Translations under genes and position numbers: made by a program
Source: Candidatus Tenderia sp.
GTDB lineage: Bacteria; Pseudomonadota; Gammaproteobacteria; Tenderiales; Tenderiaceae
DNA length: 64,000 nucleotides
Reading direction: 5' to 3'
Assembly (NCBI GenBank): GCA_031416075.1
Contig: JANOSY010000045.1
Coordinates: 32,001 to 96,000 of the forward strand
In this document: piece by piece, positions 10,451 through 21,515 of the stretch
Numbering within the stretch: the stretch's first letter is position 1
How the letters are laid out: each line of letters begins with the position of its first letter
The notes under the pieces: model-generated
What the model was told of the DNA's origin: nothing
Database searches by the model: none
What the model saw: the letters and a program-made list of their open reading frames with translations, nothing else

Positions 10451-11686
10451 ATGAATAGCTGTGATACCACCCCCGGCCTGATCGCCGTGGACCAAGCAAT
10501 TAGCCAACTACTGGGGCACGCCAAACCGGCAGTGACAACAGAAGAGATACCACTGTCAAACGCCCTGCACCGGGTCCTGGCCAGTACAGTCACATCAACA
10601 CTCAACGTACCCCCGTTTAACAGCAGTGCCATGGACGGTTACGCCATCAACCACGCAGACCTTGCCACAGATGGCACTACCCATCTGCCACTCTCACAAC
10701 GCATTACAGCCGGCAAACCCAGCCAGCCGCTACAACCCAACACCGCCGCCCGTATTTTTACCGGTGCCCCCCTGCCTGCCGGTGCCAACTGTGTAGTGAT
10801 GCAAGAGAATTGTGTGGAAGCAGATAATGGAGTCACCATCAACACCATTACCAGCGGTGGCAACAACATCAGACAAGCGGGTTGTCATCTTCAACAAGGC
10901 GCAACCGTTTTACAGCGTGGCACACACCTGCAACCGCACCACCTTGGGCTACTGGCATCGGTTGGCGCAGCGAAGCTAACCGTTTACACACAGATTAAAG
11001 TCGGCCTGATCAGTACTGGTAACGAACTGGTAGAGGCAGGGCAACCACTAAACGGAGGCCAGATCTACAACAGCAACCACCCCATGCTCAAGGCACTACT
11101 ACAACAATTGCAATGCACAGTGATCGACTACGGCACCATCGCCGATGATCTTGCACTCACCACCACCACACTGAGCCAGGCCGCCAATGAGTGTGATCTC
11201 ATCATCAGCTCTGGCGGCGTATCAGTGGGCGAAGAGGACCACATCAAAACCGCGATCAATCAACTCGGCACGCTGGAACTGTGGCGGCTGAATATCAAAC
11301 CCGGCAAACCACTCGCCTTTGCCCACATCGGCAACACCCCACTCATCGGACTACCAGGCAACCCAGTCTCCAGCTTTGTCACCTTCTGCCTGCTGGCACG
11401 CCCTTTCATCTGCAAACTACAAGGCTTAACATCACTGCAACCCAAACCGCTGATGGTAAATGCAGGTTTTGCACTGCCCAAAACCGGAACAAGACGGGAA
11501 TACCTACGCGCCACACTCCAGCAAAATGACAACGGCCTACTCTATGCCACACCACTCACCAACCAGGACTCAGCCACCCTAATCTCCCTGAGTCACGCTG
11601 ACGGACTGCTCTGCATCCCCGATAACAGCACCATCCAACACGGCGATCTGCTGGAGTTCTTCACACTGGCCACCTTAACCACATGA
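10451..11686 (+). CDS. moeA: Molybdopterin molybdotransferase
   Basis: SAMDGYA, RIFTGAP, STGNEL, SGGVSVGEED, KPGKP and LPGNPVS motifs. Confidence 0.95.
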   Translation: MNSCDTTPGLIAVDQAISQLLGHAKPAVTTEEIPLSNALHRVLASTVTSTLNVPPFNSSAMDGYAINHADLATDGTTHLPLSQRITAGKPSQPLQPNTAARIFTGAPLPAGANCVVMQENCVEADNGVTINTITSGGNNIRQAGCHLQQGATVLQRGTHLQPHHLGLLASVGAAKLTVYTQIKVGLISTGNELVEAGQPLNGGQIYNSNHPMLKALLQQLQCTVIDYGTIADDLALTTTTLSQAANECDLIISSGGVSVGEEDHIKTAINQLGTLELWRLNIKPGKPLAFAHIGNTPLIGLPGNPVSSFVTFCLLARPFICKLQGLTSLQPKPLMVNAGFALPKTGTRREYLRATLQQNDNGLLYATPLTNQDSATLISLSHADGLLCIPDNSTIQHGDLLEFFTLATLTT

Positions 11687-12366
11687 CACAACCAATGGCT
11701 ATACCGGAACAGATCAGCGGCATCATCCTCGCTGGCGGTCAGGGAGAACGCTTCGGTGGTGCAGATAAAGGGCTGCTGCTGCTCAATGAAAAACCACTCG
11801 CCGGCCATGTTGCCACGCGGCTAACACCCCAGGTCAGCCACCTCATCATCAGCGCCAACCGCAACCACGACCAATACAGAGCCCTAGGCTACAACGTAGT
11901 AGCAGATGAACAAGGCCCCTATCTCGGTCCGCTCGCAGGCATCGCCGCCGCACTCGCCACCATCACCACAGAGCTGGCACTTGTTGTTCCGTGTGATACA
12001 CCCTTCCTGCCACACAATCTCTGCCAACGGCTTTACACCGCACTTAAAAAGAATCAAACCGACATCGCCATCGCACACGATGGCCAACAATTACAACACA
12101 TGTGTGTACTCATACAGCGCACACTACTCAGCTCACTCAATCAAGGGCTGAAGGTGGGACATCTCAAGGTACATACCTGGATGGTGCAACAACGACACTG
12201 CATAGTAGATTTTTCCGACCAAGGCGATGCGTTTATCAACATCAATAATAGTCAGGAGCTAACAAATGCAGAAAATAAAATCACCGCTACAAATCACAGC
12301 CACCTGTTGACCTTTCCAAGAGGATGCCGTTGCAGGCGTACATGCCATAGGCCTCGCGATAGTTGA
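11683..12366 (+). CDS. mobA: Molybdenum cofactor guanylyltransferase (C-terminus reads into antisense gmd)
   Basis: [28 protein letters not shown] and FININ motifs. The last ~16 residues come from the gmd antisense strand. Confidence 0.9.
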   Translation: MTQPMAIPEQISGIILAGGQGERFGGADKGLLLLNEKPLAGHVATRLTPQVSHLIISANRNHDQYRALGYNVVADEQGPYLGPLAGIAAALATITTELALVVPCDTPFLPHNLCQRLYTALKKNQTDIAIAHDGQQLQHMCVLIQRTLLSSLNQGLKVGHLKVHTWMVQQRHCIVDFSDQGDAFININNSQELTNAENKITATNHSHLLTFPRGCRCRRTCHRPRDS

Positions 12367-12868
12367 CGGTGATCCAGTAACCATAGAGTTTTGCCACTGC
12401 ATAGGGCGAGCGTGGATAGAACGGCGTGGTCTCGCGTTGCGGCGTCTCCTGTACCAGACCATAGAGCTCCGAGGTCGAGGCCTGATAAAAACGGGTCTTC
12501 TTCTCCAGCCCGAGGATGCGAATCGCCTCCAGCAACCGCAGCACACCAATGCCATCAGCATTGGCAGTGTATTCCGGTGATTCAAAGGAGACCGCCACAT
12601 GGCTCTGCGCCGCGAGGTTGTAGATCTCGTCCGGCTGCACCTGCTGGACGATGCGTATCAGGTTGGTCGAATCGGTCATGTCGCCATAATGGAGTATCAG
12701 GCGCCGTCCCTGCTGATGCGGGTCTTGGTAAAGGTGGTCGATGCGATCGGTATTGAACGACGAGCTGCGCCGTTTGATGCCATGCACCTCATAACCCTTC
12801 TTGAGCAGAAGCTCCGCCAGGTAGGCCCCATCCTGTCCGGTGATGCCGGTAATCAACACACGTTTCAT
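12287..12868 (-). pseudogene. gmd: GDP-mannose 4,6-dehydratase, truncated at about half length
   Basis: ITGITGQDG...[10 protein letters not shown]...SPYAVAK...YACNGIL, then unrelated [10 protein letters not shown] where FNHES is expected. ~190 aa versus ~370 aa for full-length Gmd. Confidence 0.9.
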
Positions 12869-12879
12869 CGCATCTGCTC

Positions 12880-15300
12880 TCAACTGCTCTTCAATTTATT
12901 CAAGGTGGCGCGCGCCTCCTCAACACCCTGGAACTCAGCCTTGGCTGCCAGCGCCTGTTCGAGATGATGCAGCGCACTCTCTCTGTTGCCCTTGGTGTAA
13001 TAGGCCATGCCGATGTGATAGTGAAGCAGCGCTGCCGACGGCATCTTCTTCAGTGCACTCTCCAGAGTGGCAAGCGCCTGATCGACTTCGCCACGGCGGT
13101 AATGGACCCAGCCCACGGTGTCGAGATAGGCGGGTTCATTGCTGTTTGCCAGCGTCATCACCAGATCACGCGCCTTGTTGAGGCTCTCCTGATCGCTGCG
13201 ATGAGTGACGAGCAGCATGGCGAGATTGTTCCTCGCCATCGCGGAGTCCGGCTTGCGTTTCATGAACTCTTCGTAACGGCCAATGGCGCGGTCGAATTGT
13301 CCCTGCCGTTCATCGAGCGCCGCCATGGAGTAGAGCAGCATCTCATTGTCAGGCAGCTGCTTGAGACCAGCCTCATACGCCTGCTGCGCCCCGGCGGCAT
13401 CGTTACGGGCCAGCCGTGCAGAGCCGAGATTACGGTAGGTGGCGGGGATCTTTGGATTGAGTTCGATGGTAGTTGCAAAAGACTTCTCAGCCTCTGCAGC
13501 ATTGCCTGCGAGCAGCAGCACTTCGCCGCGCAGATTCTGCGCCACAACATTATTCGGAGTGCGTTTGAGTGCGCCCTCCAGAACAGCAAGCGCCTCCTTC
13601 GTCTGCCGTTGCGCGAGGTGGGCCTTAACGATGGCCGTCAGTGGCTCAATCGACTCAGGAGATTTATCCAGCGCCTTGCGATAGGCCGTGATTGCCGCCG
13701 CACTCTTGCCCTGCGCCTCCAGTACCATGCCGCTGTAGTAGTCTCCCTGTGGCAGTTGCGGATAGGTCTTGAGCAGCGTCGCTACAGTCGCCTGTGCCGC
13801 TGGCCACTCCTTGCGCGCCATCTGCAACTTGAACATCGCCTCCAGCGCCTGTGGCTGCGTTGCATCTGCTGCCAGCACCTCTGCCACCAGAGTCCGTGCA
13901 TCATCCAGCTTGTCCTGCCGCATCAGCAACTCAGCCAGACCCAGTTTGACCGTGGCATCCTTCGGCAGCAGTACCGCCGCCTTTTGCAGTGTCTCTTCTG
14001 CCAGCCCTAACTCGTTGTTGAGCACATGGGCCTGCGCCAGCAGCTTCAGCGCCTGATAATTATCGGGCTGATCGCGCAGCACGTTGCGCAGATCGACCAC
14101 TGCCGCCGCCGCATCACGCTTTGTCAGCGCCAGCCCCGCATGAATCATCAGCGCCTCGTTATCGTTACTGTTTTTCTTCAACACTTCGGCAAGCAGCTGA
14201 TCGGCCTCTTTGGTATTGCCTTCGACCGCCAGCAGCCGCGCCAGACGGGAGCGGGCGGTCAACCCTGCCGGTGTCTCCGCCGCAGTGCCGATCACATTTC
14301 TATAGGTGGTGATCGCCTCTTTGGGTTGCCCCGCACGTTCGCGCTCAGCCGCAAACGCAAACTGAAGACCATAGGCCTTGGGATCCTTGCTGATGAACTC
14401 CCGCAACTGCGCTGATGCCTGCTCCGCTGTGCCATGCAGATGGAGGAAATTGACCAGCGCAAGGCGCACGCGCGCCTGATCATCATCCTTGGCAACCGCT
14501 TCGCGCAGCACCGTCTCGGCCTGCGGGTAGTCCTTGCCAGCCTCCAGATAGGCGGCCAGGCGCAGGCGATGGGAGAGATCATCAGGTTTAAGGGCAATCA
14601 CATCACGCAGAATTTTTGCGCCCTGGACGATGTCACCCTGCTGGCCCAGAATCTCCGCCATCACAAATTTGATCCCGAGATGTTTGGGATCGCTGGCAAT
14701 GCCCCGTTGCAGCAGCGCCAGCGCCGCCTCGGGGTGGCCCTGAACCCGCTCCAGTCCGGCCAGCATGATAGTCGCCTCGATATGACCGGGACTCTTCTCC
14801 AGCACCTGACGTGCAAGCGCTGTTGCCTCATCAAGCTTCTGCTGTCTGGCCAGCACGCCAGCTTTTAGCGTCAAGGCATCGGCATTGCCGGGCTCCTTGG
14901 CCAGCGCCTCATCCGCCAGCTCAAGCGCCTTGTCGGCCACACCTGAGAGTAAGTAGAGACGTCCCATGCGCACACGCGCCGCCACATTCGTTGCATCCAG
15001 ATCAATCACACGCTGATAGTTGGCCGCTGCTGCGCGCCAGTTCTGCGTCATCTCATCCATCTGACCAAGCTGATAGAGCGCTTCGATATTTTTTGGATCA
15101 ATCTGCAATACGTTCTTGTATTCAAGCCGCGCCTTCTCGAAATTCTGCTGCGCATAAAATTGTTTGCCGCGCTCCATAAATTCAACCTTACGCCCGTCAG
15201 CGCCATCACAGGCAGAAAGCATGAGCGTGGTGCTGATGGCAAGAAACGAAAGGCCGCGAAGGCCATAACGTGAAGGGTGAGAAGAAACAAGAAAAGACAT
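12880..15300 (-). CDS. PrsT-like TPR-repeat lipoprotein of exosortase systems
   Basis: Lipobox LSAC, continuous TPR repeats, C-terminal NNLAML...[10 protein letters not shown]; located in an exosortase locus. Confidence 0.8.
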   Translation of the reverse strand: MSFLVSSHPSRYGLRGLSFLAISTTLMLSACDGADGRKVEFMERGKQFYAQQNFEKARLEYKNVLQIDPKNIEALYQLGQMDEMTQNWRAAAANYQRVIDLDATNVAARVRMGRLYLLSGVADKALELADEALAKEPGNADALTLKAGVLARQQKLDEATALARQVLEKSPGHIEATIMLAGLERVQGHPEAALALLQRGIASDPKHLGIKFVMAEILGQQGDIVQGAKILRDVIALKPDDLSHRLRLAAYLEAGKDYPQAETVLREAVAKDDDQARVRLALVNFLHLHGTAEQASAQLREFISKDPKAYGLQFAFAAERERAGQPKEAITTYRNVIGTAAETPAGLTARSRLARLLAVEGNTKEADQLLAEVLKKNSNDNEALMIHAGLALTKRDAAAAVVDLRNVLRDQPDNYQALKLLAQAHVLNNELGLAEETLQKAAVLLPKDATVKLGLAELLMRQDKLDDARTLVAEVLAADATQPQALEAMFKLQMARKEWPAAQATVATLLKTYPQLPQGDYYSGMVLEAQGKSAAAITAYRKALDKSPESIEPLTAIVKAHLAQRQTKEALAVLEGALKRTPNNVVAQNLRGEVLLLAGNAAEAEKSFATTIELNPKIPATYRNLGSARLARNDAAGAQQAYEAGLKQLPDNEMLLYSMAALDERQGQFDRAIGRYEEFMKRKPDSAMARNNLAMLLVTHRSDQESLNKARDLVMTLANSNEPAYLDTVGWVHYRRGEVDQALATLESALKKMPSAALLHYHIGMAYYTKGNRESALHHLEQALAAKAEFQGVEEARATLNKLKSS

Positions 15301-15338
15301 AAAAAATTCCTTCAGTGACAGAGTGTTTGAGTGGCGTC

Positions 15339-15372
15339 ACTGTAACGCGGTCTGTTTACACTACTGTTACAA
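15339..15372 (-). promoter_or_regulatory. PhoB/OmpR-type direct-repeat box plus -10
   Basis: TTGTAAC-AGTA-GTGTAAA, 10 bp, TACAGT. Confidence 0.5.
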
Positions 15373-16989
15373 AACACCGCGAATGAGAATAATCACGAGT
15401 GTCGCGCCTGTCAGAAGACGCACTATGTCGATGCGCCCAGCCACTCTGGGCAGAACCATCTCGATACCGTAATAGAGCACCACAAGTTTTGGAATGTAGT
15501 CGGTCCAGAAGGGGGCAATCTGCTGCGCCTGCGGCAACGTGGGCAGGGCAATCGCCAGAAAGACAATCAGAAAATCAGAGGGGTTGGCCGCGAAACCGCT
15601 ATCCTTCGAATATCTGAAGCCCATCACAACGGCAACCGCCAGCGCGCCAAAAAAGAGCTGGCTCAACGGCAGCCGCTCATGACCAAGACCGGCCAGATAG
15701 AGCAGCACCGCCACCACGATATAGATGACGCCACGCTCCAGCCATGAAATACGCGGTGGCGAGATGCGGGACGCCCGGCTACGCAACCACTCGAACAGCA
15801 ACAGCAGCAGCAACGCCAGACTCAGCAGAGCAATATCCACCGACATGCCGGAGGCCAGCAGCGCCGCGGCCACCATAAAAATGGAGAGCGCCACCATGAC
15901 ATAACCATGTGCAGCGCGCGCCAGCAGTCCATTCCGTCCAATCTGCCTGATCTGCACCAGCCGCTGCTGTGAGATATGCGGCAGATACCGGTTGCAGCGT
16001 TGCGCCAGTGACAACAGGGCGATGACAGCAGCACAAAAAAGGCAGAAGGCTACCAATATGGTTACATCGTTGGCGTAACGCAGCAGGTAGGCCGCCACAG
16101 TCAGACCGGCCTGCAACAGATAGATAACAAAGACCACTTCGTAATGGTTCAGCCCCAGTATCAGCAGGCGATGATGGATATGGTTGCGATCGGGACTGAA
16201 GGGCGAGCGTCCCTCAGAGATGCGTTTCACCATCACCATCGCCGTATCCAGCAGCGGCAACCCCAACAGCAGGAACGGCAGCATGGGGCTAAAATCGGCA
16301 CGGCGCCCCTGCGTCAACATCAACGCCAGCACACCCACCGTCAACCCCAGGAACTGGCTGCCGCCATCGCCCATAAAGATGCGTGCCGGATGGGTATTAA
16401 AGCGCAGGAAACCGAGGATGCTTCCCATCACCGCCAACCCGATAACACTCACAGCATCGAGCTGCACACCATAAGCGAGAAAGACAATCAGCCCGAGACT
16501 CAGAAGCGTTGTCCCCGCTGCCAGACCATCGAGGCCATCGCTGAGATTGATGGCATTGGTGACCGCCAGCAGCACAAACATCGTCAGCGCCACACTCACC
16601 CAGAATGGCAACTCCTCCAGCGCCAGAAAAGGGATGCTGGTGATGTGAACATCACCGTAGAAAATGATGGCGGCAATCGCCACGCCCTGTCCCAGAAATT
16701 TGAGCCGGTAATCGAGATCGGCGCGATCATCCCAAACACCAAAAAACAGGATCACACCCAGCCCCAGCAACACCCCTGCCACCTCACGATCCAGCGGCAA
16801 CCAGACAACCATCGGCACCAGCGCACCTATGGCCATAGCAATGCCACCAATACGGGGTATGGCACCAACATGGACCTTGCGGCCATCAGGTATATCGACG
16901 AATTGAAACCGCTGTGCACCACGCATCAAAGGCGGAATCAACGCCATGGTAATGAGCATGGCGATCACAAAACTCAGCAGCAATACCAT
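15367..16989 (-). CDS. WecA/TagO-type undecaprenyl-phosphate HexNAc-1-P transferase with an extra C-terminal membrane domain
   Basis: PRIGG, GVWDD, NAINLSDGLDGLA, IFMGDGGS and DRNHIHHRL motifs; 540 aa. Confidence 0.88.
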   Translation of the reverse strand: MVLLLSFVIAMLITMALIPPLMRGAQRFQFVDIPDGRKVHVGAIPRIGGIAMAIGALVPMVVWLPLDREVAGVLLGLGVILFFGVWDDRADLDYRLKFLGQGVAIAAIIFYGDVHITSIPFLALEELPFWVSVALTMFVLLAVTNAINLSDGLDGLAAGTTLLSLGLIVFLAYGVQLDAVSVIGLAVMGSILGFLRFNTHPARIFMGDGGSQFLGLTVGVLALMLTQGRRADFSPMLPFLLLGLPLLDTAMVMVKRISEGRSPFSPDRNHIHHRLLILGLNHYEVVFVIYLLQAGLTVAAYLLRYANDVTILVAFCLFCAAVIALLSLAQRCNRYLPHISQQRLVQIRQIGRNGLLARAAHGYVMVALSIFMVAAALLASGMSVDIALLSLALLLLLLFEWLRSRASRISPPRISWLERGVIYIVVAVLLYLAGLGHERLPLSQLFFGALAVAVVMGFRYSKDSGFAANPSDFLIVFLAIALPTLPQAQQIAPFWTDYIPKLVVLYYGIEMVLPRVAGRIDIVRLLTGATLVIILIRGVL

Positions 16990-17004
16990 CTTATCCAGGC
17001 CCCG

Positions 17005-18588
17005 CTAATCAGGAACGTAGCGTGGCAATGCAGGCAACATGGCGGCGGCGAAGCGGGTGAGTGCTGCATCAGCATCAGCAATCTCCTGACCCGGCAACAA
17101 CGGCGCCATCAGGCGCACCAGCGAACCATCAGAGCGGCGGCTGTTCATTGCATCCCACAGCAGATAGCCCTTCACCGCATACTCATTGGTAATAATGCGA
17201 CCACGCTGCTGAAACCAGTAATAGACCAGCAGCTTCTGCTCGCCCTTCTCGATTAGCGCGCGATTGACCTGCATCGGCTGACCTGCATTCACCACGACTG
17301 GCAATCCATATTCGCCAATCTCACTGATCTTCCAGCCACCACCGGGAAGACAGGCACGCGGTGAATGGGGCACCTTGTCGGCACGCTGGGTGGCGTAATA
17401 ACCGACATAGAGATTAATCTTGGAACCCTGCAAATTGCGGTAATCCGCCATCAGATAATCATCAAAATTCAACGCGTCCACATAGATCGCATCAAGACGC
17501 TGCGCCTTGCCATCCCACTCATCAAACGCCATCGGAAAGGATGAGAACTGCTGACGTTCCGGGATAACCTCCGGCCGCTCAGGCAGCGCATACGAGACCG
17601 CCATCACCACCAACACCAATGCGACTGAAACATGGAACGGCACGGGGATGGAGCGGTATCTGAAATCCGCCTTGGATGGTGTGGGCTGCGGAAAGGTCAA
17701 ACCAAATACCTGACGCAACGGCCTCGGGTCTCGACCGATGCGCGTCAGCAACCACATCTCCAGCGCCAGCACGCCGGTGCAGACCATGAACATCACCCAG
17801 CCCTCGAAATCGTGGAGCAGCCCCTCCGCCATCGACGGCCCCCAGTACTCCACCGTCACGCCGATCAGGCCGATGCGGATACTGTTGATAATAATGGTGA
17901 TGGGAATGGTGGAGAGAAACAGCAATACCCGCTTCCACATAGCCACCTTGAAAAAATAGGCGGCGATTAAGCCAAAGGTCATCAACGGAAAGAGATAGCG
18001 CAGACCATTGCACGCCTCGGCCACCTCAAGCTTGTAGGTTCCGAGATCGATCACATTGCCTTCGAGATAGACAGTGATGCCACAGAGGCGCACCACCGCC
18101 ACACCCAGTTGCGACGAAATCAGTTGCAACGAGTTGGAGAGTCCCTGATTGATAAATCCCGGCAATGGCACCATAAACGCCAGAAACAACAGCGGAACAA
18201 AGATCACCCTGAAACCACGCCAGCCAGTAAACGCCAGCGCCAGGCCGAACAGCACCACAACAAATGAGTATTGAATAATGGAGTAGGCAGCACCTAGCTG
18301 CCCCAGCAGAAAGAACAGCACACCGGCCAGCGTCAGCCCGGCGCCTGCCCACGCCCCGGAGAACGGGATCGTTTGCAGGAGATCCTTCTTCTGCCAGATC
18401 AGAAATAGGGTAATGAACGGGATCAGGTAACCGTAGCTATACTCCTCCTGCCCGTTCCACGCCTGAACCATGAAGGAGAGACCATCCTGAAACAGGATAA
18501 TCGCAAGGGCAACCGCCAAGAGGAGTGCACCAAAAACGGCAGGGGACTCTTTCCAGACAGATTCTTCACTAGGAGATATCGTAGACAT
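17005..18588 (-). CDS. xrtD: Exosortase D (VPLPA-CTERM-specific) fused to an EpsI domain
   Basis: EEYSYGYLIP, VAEACNGLRYL (Cys), NSIRI (Arg), HDFEGW (His); EpsI HSPRACLPGGGW. Three VPLPA-CTERM genes lie in the window. ORF extends to 18642; MSTISP start preferred. Confidence 0.88.
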   Translation of the reverse strand: MSTISPSEESVWKESPAVFGALLLAVALAIILFQDGLSFMVQAWNGQEEYSYGYLIPFITLFLIWQKKDLLQTIPFSGAWAGAGLTLAGVLFFLLGQLGAAYSIIQYSFVVVLFGLALAFTGWRGFRVIFVPLLFLAFMVPLPGFINQGLSNSLQLISSQLGVAVVRLCGITVYLEGNVIDLGTYKLEVAEACNGLRYLFPLMTFGLIAAYFFKVAMWKRVLLFLSTIPITIIINSIRIGLIGVTVEYWGPSMAEGLLHDFEGWVMFMVCTGVLALEMWLLTRIGRDPRPLRQVFGLTFPQPTPSKADFRYRSIPVPFHVSVALVLVVMAVSYALPERPEVIPERQQFSSFPMAFDEWDGKAQRLDAIYVDALNFDDYLMADYRNLQGSKINLYVGYYATQRADKVPHSPRACLPGGGWKISEIGEYGLPVVVNAGQPMQVNRALIEKGEQKLLVYYWFQQRGRIITNEYAVKGYLLWDAMNSRRSDGSLVRLMAPLLPGQEIADADAALTRFAAAMLPALPRYVPD

Positions 18589-18637
18589 CAGTGCGGCCAA
18601 CCAGGAGTAATTCGTGGATCGGTTTATGGTGGCCGCA

Positions 18638-18671
18638 ATCATGACAACTGTTTATGACGCGGGTATTACAC
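18638..18671 (-). promoter_or_regulatory. PhoB/OmpR-type direct-repeat box plus -10
   Basis: GTGTAAT-ACCC-GCGTCAT, 10 bp, CATGAT. Confidence 0.5.
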
Positions 18672-18714
18672 ACCCCTGCTCTGAACCGGGATAGCAACGA
18701 ATCAATAGCCGTTA

Positions 18715-19353
18715 TCAGGAAGAGGCAGGTCGCACCTTTCTTGCAACCAGCAACATACTTTTCCACAGATATGGAAGGCGTCCGATCCCCTGAAACTCCT
18801 GCACCTCGAACCCCTCCTCTTCAAGCAGCCGCGTCAACATGCTGCGCGAGAAGAACTTGATGTGGCCGCCATCCCATAACGGTGACAAGTGCTGGTCCCA
18901 GTGGCCGGTCACAGCGAGGGCGAGGTTTTTGAGATAACCGTGGTAAGGGGTGGTGATAATGAGCCAGCCCCCCTCCTTGAGCACCTGATTGGCAAAGCGT
19001 GGCAGGGCGCGCGGGGTATAGAGATGTTCGATCACTTCAGTGGAGACCACTGCATCTAAATCGCGTTGCCCCAGTGCCGCTGGATCGTCATAAACACCAA
19101 GATGGCTGAATTGTATTTGCGGAGATGACTCCGCAGCAATGCGTATGCCCTCGGCATCGGCGTCACAACCCATCACATTAAAACCCGAGCGGGCGAGCGC
19201 CTTTGCAATATCACCCTTACCACAGCCCAAATCCAGTACATTGCGCACCCCTAGGCTACGACACGCATTAACAACAGCGGGTTCAAGGTAGCCATTTGAT
19301 GGAACGCTCTGATTTACAGTCCATCCGTAATCTTCAACCCGGAGATGTGCCAT
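18715..19353 (-). CDS. Class I SAM-dependent methyltransferase
   Basis: VLDLGCGKG, VVSTEVIEHL and GHIKFF motifs. Confidence 0.88.
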   Translation of the reverse strand: MAHLRVEDYGWTVNQSVPSNGYLEPAVVNACRSLGVRNVLDLGCGKGDIAKALARSGFNVMGCDADAEGIRIAAESSPQIQFSHLGVYDDPAALGQRDLDAVVSTEVIEHLYTPRALPRFANQVLKEGGWLIITTPYHGYLKNLALAVTGHWDQHLSPLWDGGHIKFFSRSMLTRLLEEEGFEVQEFQGIGRLPYLWKSMLLVARKVRPASS

Positions 19354-19374
19354 GATGACTCCTCTGTTAGATGT

Positions 19375-20277
19375 TCAATGCTTTTGTTCTGACAGCACCG
19401 CTGCTTCACCATGAGGAGAGAGTGTGCGCATAAATTCGCGTGTAACCTGCCACCATGGTGCTGTTTCGTCCCATGCAGCCGGAGCGTTTCGCTTACCATC
19501 CCAATCGCCCCAGATCACGAGACCATCGGCGTGCTGGTGCACGGTCTCAAGCTGCAAACGCCAGTAGTCCGCAGGCAGATACTGCTGCCCCAGGATTTCA
19601 TTGCGCTCGGAATATTGAGGCCACAGAAATACATGAACCGACTTGCCATAACGGCGTGCTTCACGCAGGTGGGCCGTGGCATATTTCACCCATGCATCCC
19701 GGTCTGGATAGTAGGTATACAACGGCAGATAGATGGTATCGACAAGCTCAGCAAAGTCATCAAGACGAGCATTCTCGTCCTGCCATGTCCGGTAGTGGCG
19801 ACTATCCCTGTTTTCCAGTGACCAATGGTATACAACGCCCGGCAAGCGCCCAAAGAATCCAATATTCAGTCCTGGTGCTTCGTTCCTCAGCCACTGCAAG
19901 ACGGTGATATATTTGGCCTGGCTCTCACGCATCTGCGCCTCATCGCCTTCCAGCGGCCAATGTTCTATATCAATGACCACGGGCTTGCGCATGGCACGCA
20001 GATCACGCCCTAAACGGCGGACCCGATACTCGTCAGGCAAACGCTCCATCAGACGTGACGAACGCGTATCTGGCCAGAAACGTGCGGCATAGAGAATTTC
20101 GATCGGCTCTATTCCATAACTGTCTAACCTTGGTTTATTACGGTACAGGGTGGCATCAAACACTTTGAATTTCTCTGTCTCTGGATTGGTTCCTGCCACC
20201 GGCGCAGCCAGCGTCAATGTTGGCAGCCACAATGCCAGCCACAGCAGTGCCACACGGCGATGAAGTGTGGTTATCAT
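19375..20277 (-). CDS. Secreted glycoside-hydrolase-like protein (GH56/hyaluronidase-like), paralog 1
   Basis: Signal peptide; VVIDIEHWP, GFFGRLP, WQDENARL, IYLPLY and ADGLVIWG occur in the order of the GH56 motifs. Confidence 0.55.
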   Translation of the reverse strand: MITTLHRRVALLWLALWLPTLTLAAPVAGTNPETEKFKVFDATLYRNKPRLDSYGIEPIEILYAARFWPDTRSSRLMERLPDEYRVRRLGRDLRAMRKPVVIDIEHWPLEGDEAQMRESQAKYITVLQWLRNEAPGLNIGFFGRLPGVVYHWSLENRDSRHYRTWQDENARLDDFAELVDTIYLPLYTYYPDRDAWVKYATAHLREARRYGKSVHVFLWPQYSERNEILGQQYLPADYWRLQLETVHQHADGLVIWGDWDGKRNAPAAWDETAPWWQVTREFMRTLSPHGEAAVLSEQKH

Positions 20278-21515
20278 GCGTACACTTCACTCAGTTGCTG
20301 ACGTAGCACCTGCCGCCACGCAGAAAACGCGTAAGACTGGGTGAACCTCTGTTCAAACAAGCGCCGTGCGTTACCGCCCTGCAACACGGTGAGCTGTGGC
20401 TGATGATGAGTCATGGATCTGATCTCCCTTACAACAGCATCAACATCACCAATGGCAGCAGCAACACCACAATGGTTCTTGCGCAGGATCAATGCTATTT
20501 CACCTTCAGTGTCACCGATAAAGAGTGTTGGACGACCAGCCGCCGCAATGCCATAAAATTTGCTGGGCACGATCAGCCCTTCCAGTTCCGGCCTTAATGA
20601 GATCACATGCAGGTCCGGAACACTCAGACTGAGCGCCAATCGTTCGCGTGGCTGATAGGGCTTGAAGATGACATTCGCCAATCCACGACGCCTGACCATC
20701 TCTTCAACCAAAGGTCGTTGCGCACCAGCGCCGATAAAAACAAAGACGATACTGGCATCACTGTGAAGCATCTCGGCAGCATTGAGCAGGGTTTCAAACT
20801 CATGGGCGCGCCCCATGTTTCCAGAGTAGCCAACGACAAACTTTCCACTCATACTCCACTCATCACGTAGCGTATTTTCCTGTGTCGCCACTGGGTGGAT
20901 TGCCTCTGAGTCGGACCAGTTGTGGATGATTGTCACCGCCTGTGGGGCCACGCCCTGCTCCAGCAATCGTGCCGCCATGCGTTCACCCAGCACAACATTA
21001 TTGGCAGCTGCCCGCAATGAGACATTTCTCAGCCAGCGCAGCAACGGCGCACCTGCATGAATCGCCTTTACACCCAGCGCCTCCGCAACCTCCGGAAAGA
21101 GATCCTGCACCCAATTGATCAATGTGGCGCCGCGCAGCTTGGCTACTACCATTGCAACCACCGAGATCAGTGGTGGATCAGTCTTGGCGACGACCACATC
21201 ATCACGACGCAGCGTGCGCCACAAGCACCAGGCGGCGCTGAAATAGAAGGTGAGGTAATCCATGGCGCGGCCCAGCAGAGTGCTGCGGCCAAATCGCGTG
21301 GTCCAGACACGGTGGACATACACACCGTTGCAGACCTCCATGGCCGCTAGAATCGCATCCGGATCGTCATAACGTTGACGGCTCGTTACTACATGCACCT
21401 CAGCACCATCACGGACCAAATTAGATGCAAGCTCAAATGCAAGATCACTCAAGAGCTGGCTGGTGGCCGAATGGTCTGGATAGAAATAGCGATTCACAAA
21501 AACAGTCTTAGCCAT
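20274..21515 (-). CDS. GT4 glycosyltransferase (WbuB/WcaI-like)
   Basis: NRYFYPD, WVQDLFPE, YSGNMGRAH and VPSKFYG motifs. Confidence 0.9.
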   Translation of the reverse strand: MAKTVFVNRYFYPDHSATSQLLSDLAFELASNLVRDGAEVHVVTSRQRYDDPDAILAAMEVCNGVYVHRVWTTRFGRSTLLGRAMDYLTFYFSAAWCLWRTLRRDDVVVAKTDPPLISVVAMVVAKLRGATLINWVQDLFPEVAEALGVKAIHAGAPLLRWLRNVSLRAAANNVVLGERMAARLLEQGVAPQAVTIIHNWSDSEAIHPVATQENTLRDEWSMSGKFVVGYSGNMGRAHEFETLLNAAEMLHSDASIVFVFIGAGAQRPLVEEMVRRRGLANVIFKPYQPRERLALSLSVPDLHVISLRPELEGLIVPSKFYGIAAAGRPTLFIGDTEGEIALILRKNHCGVAAAIGDVDAVVREIRSMTHHQPQLTVLQGGNARRLFEQRFTQSYAFSAWRQVLRQQLSEVYA

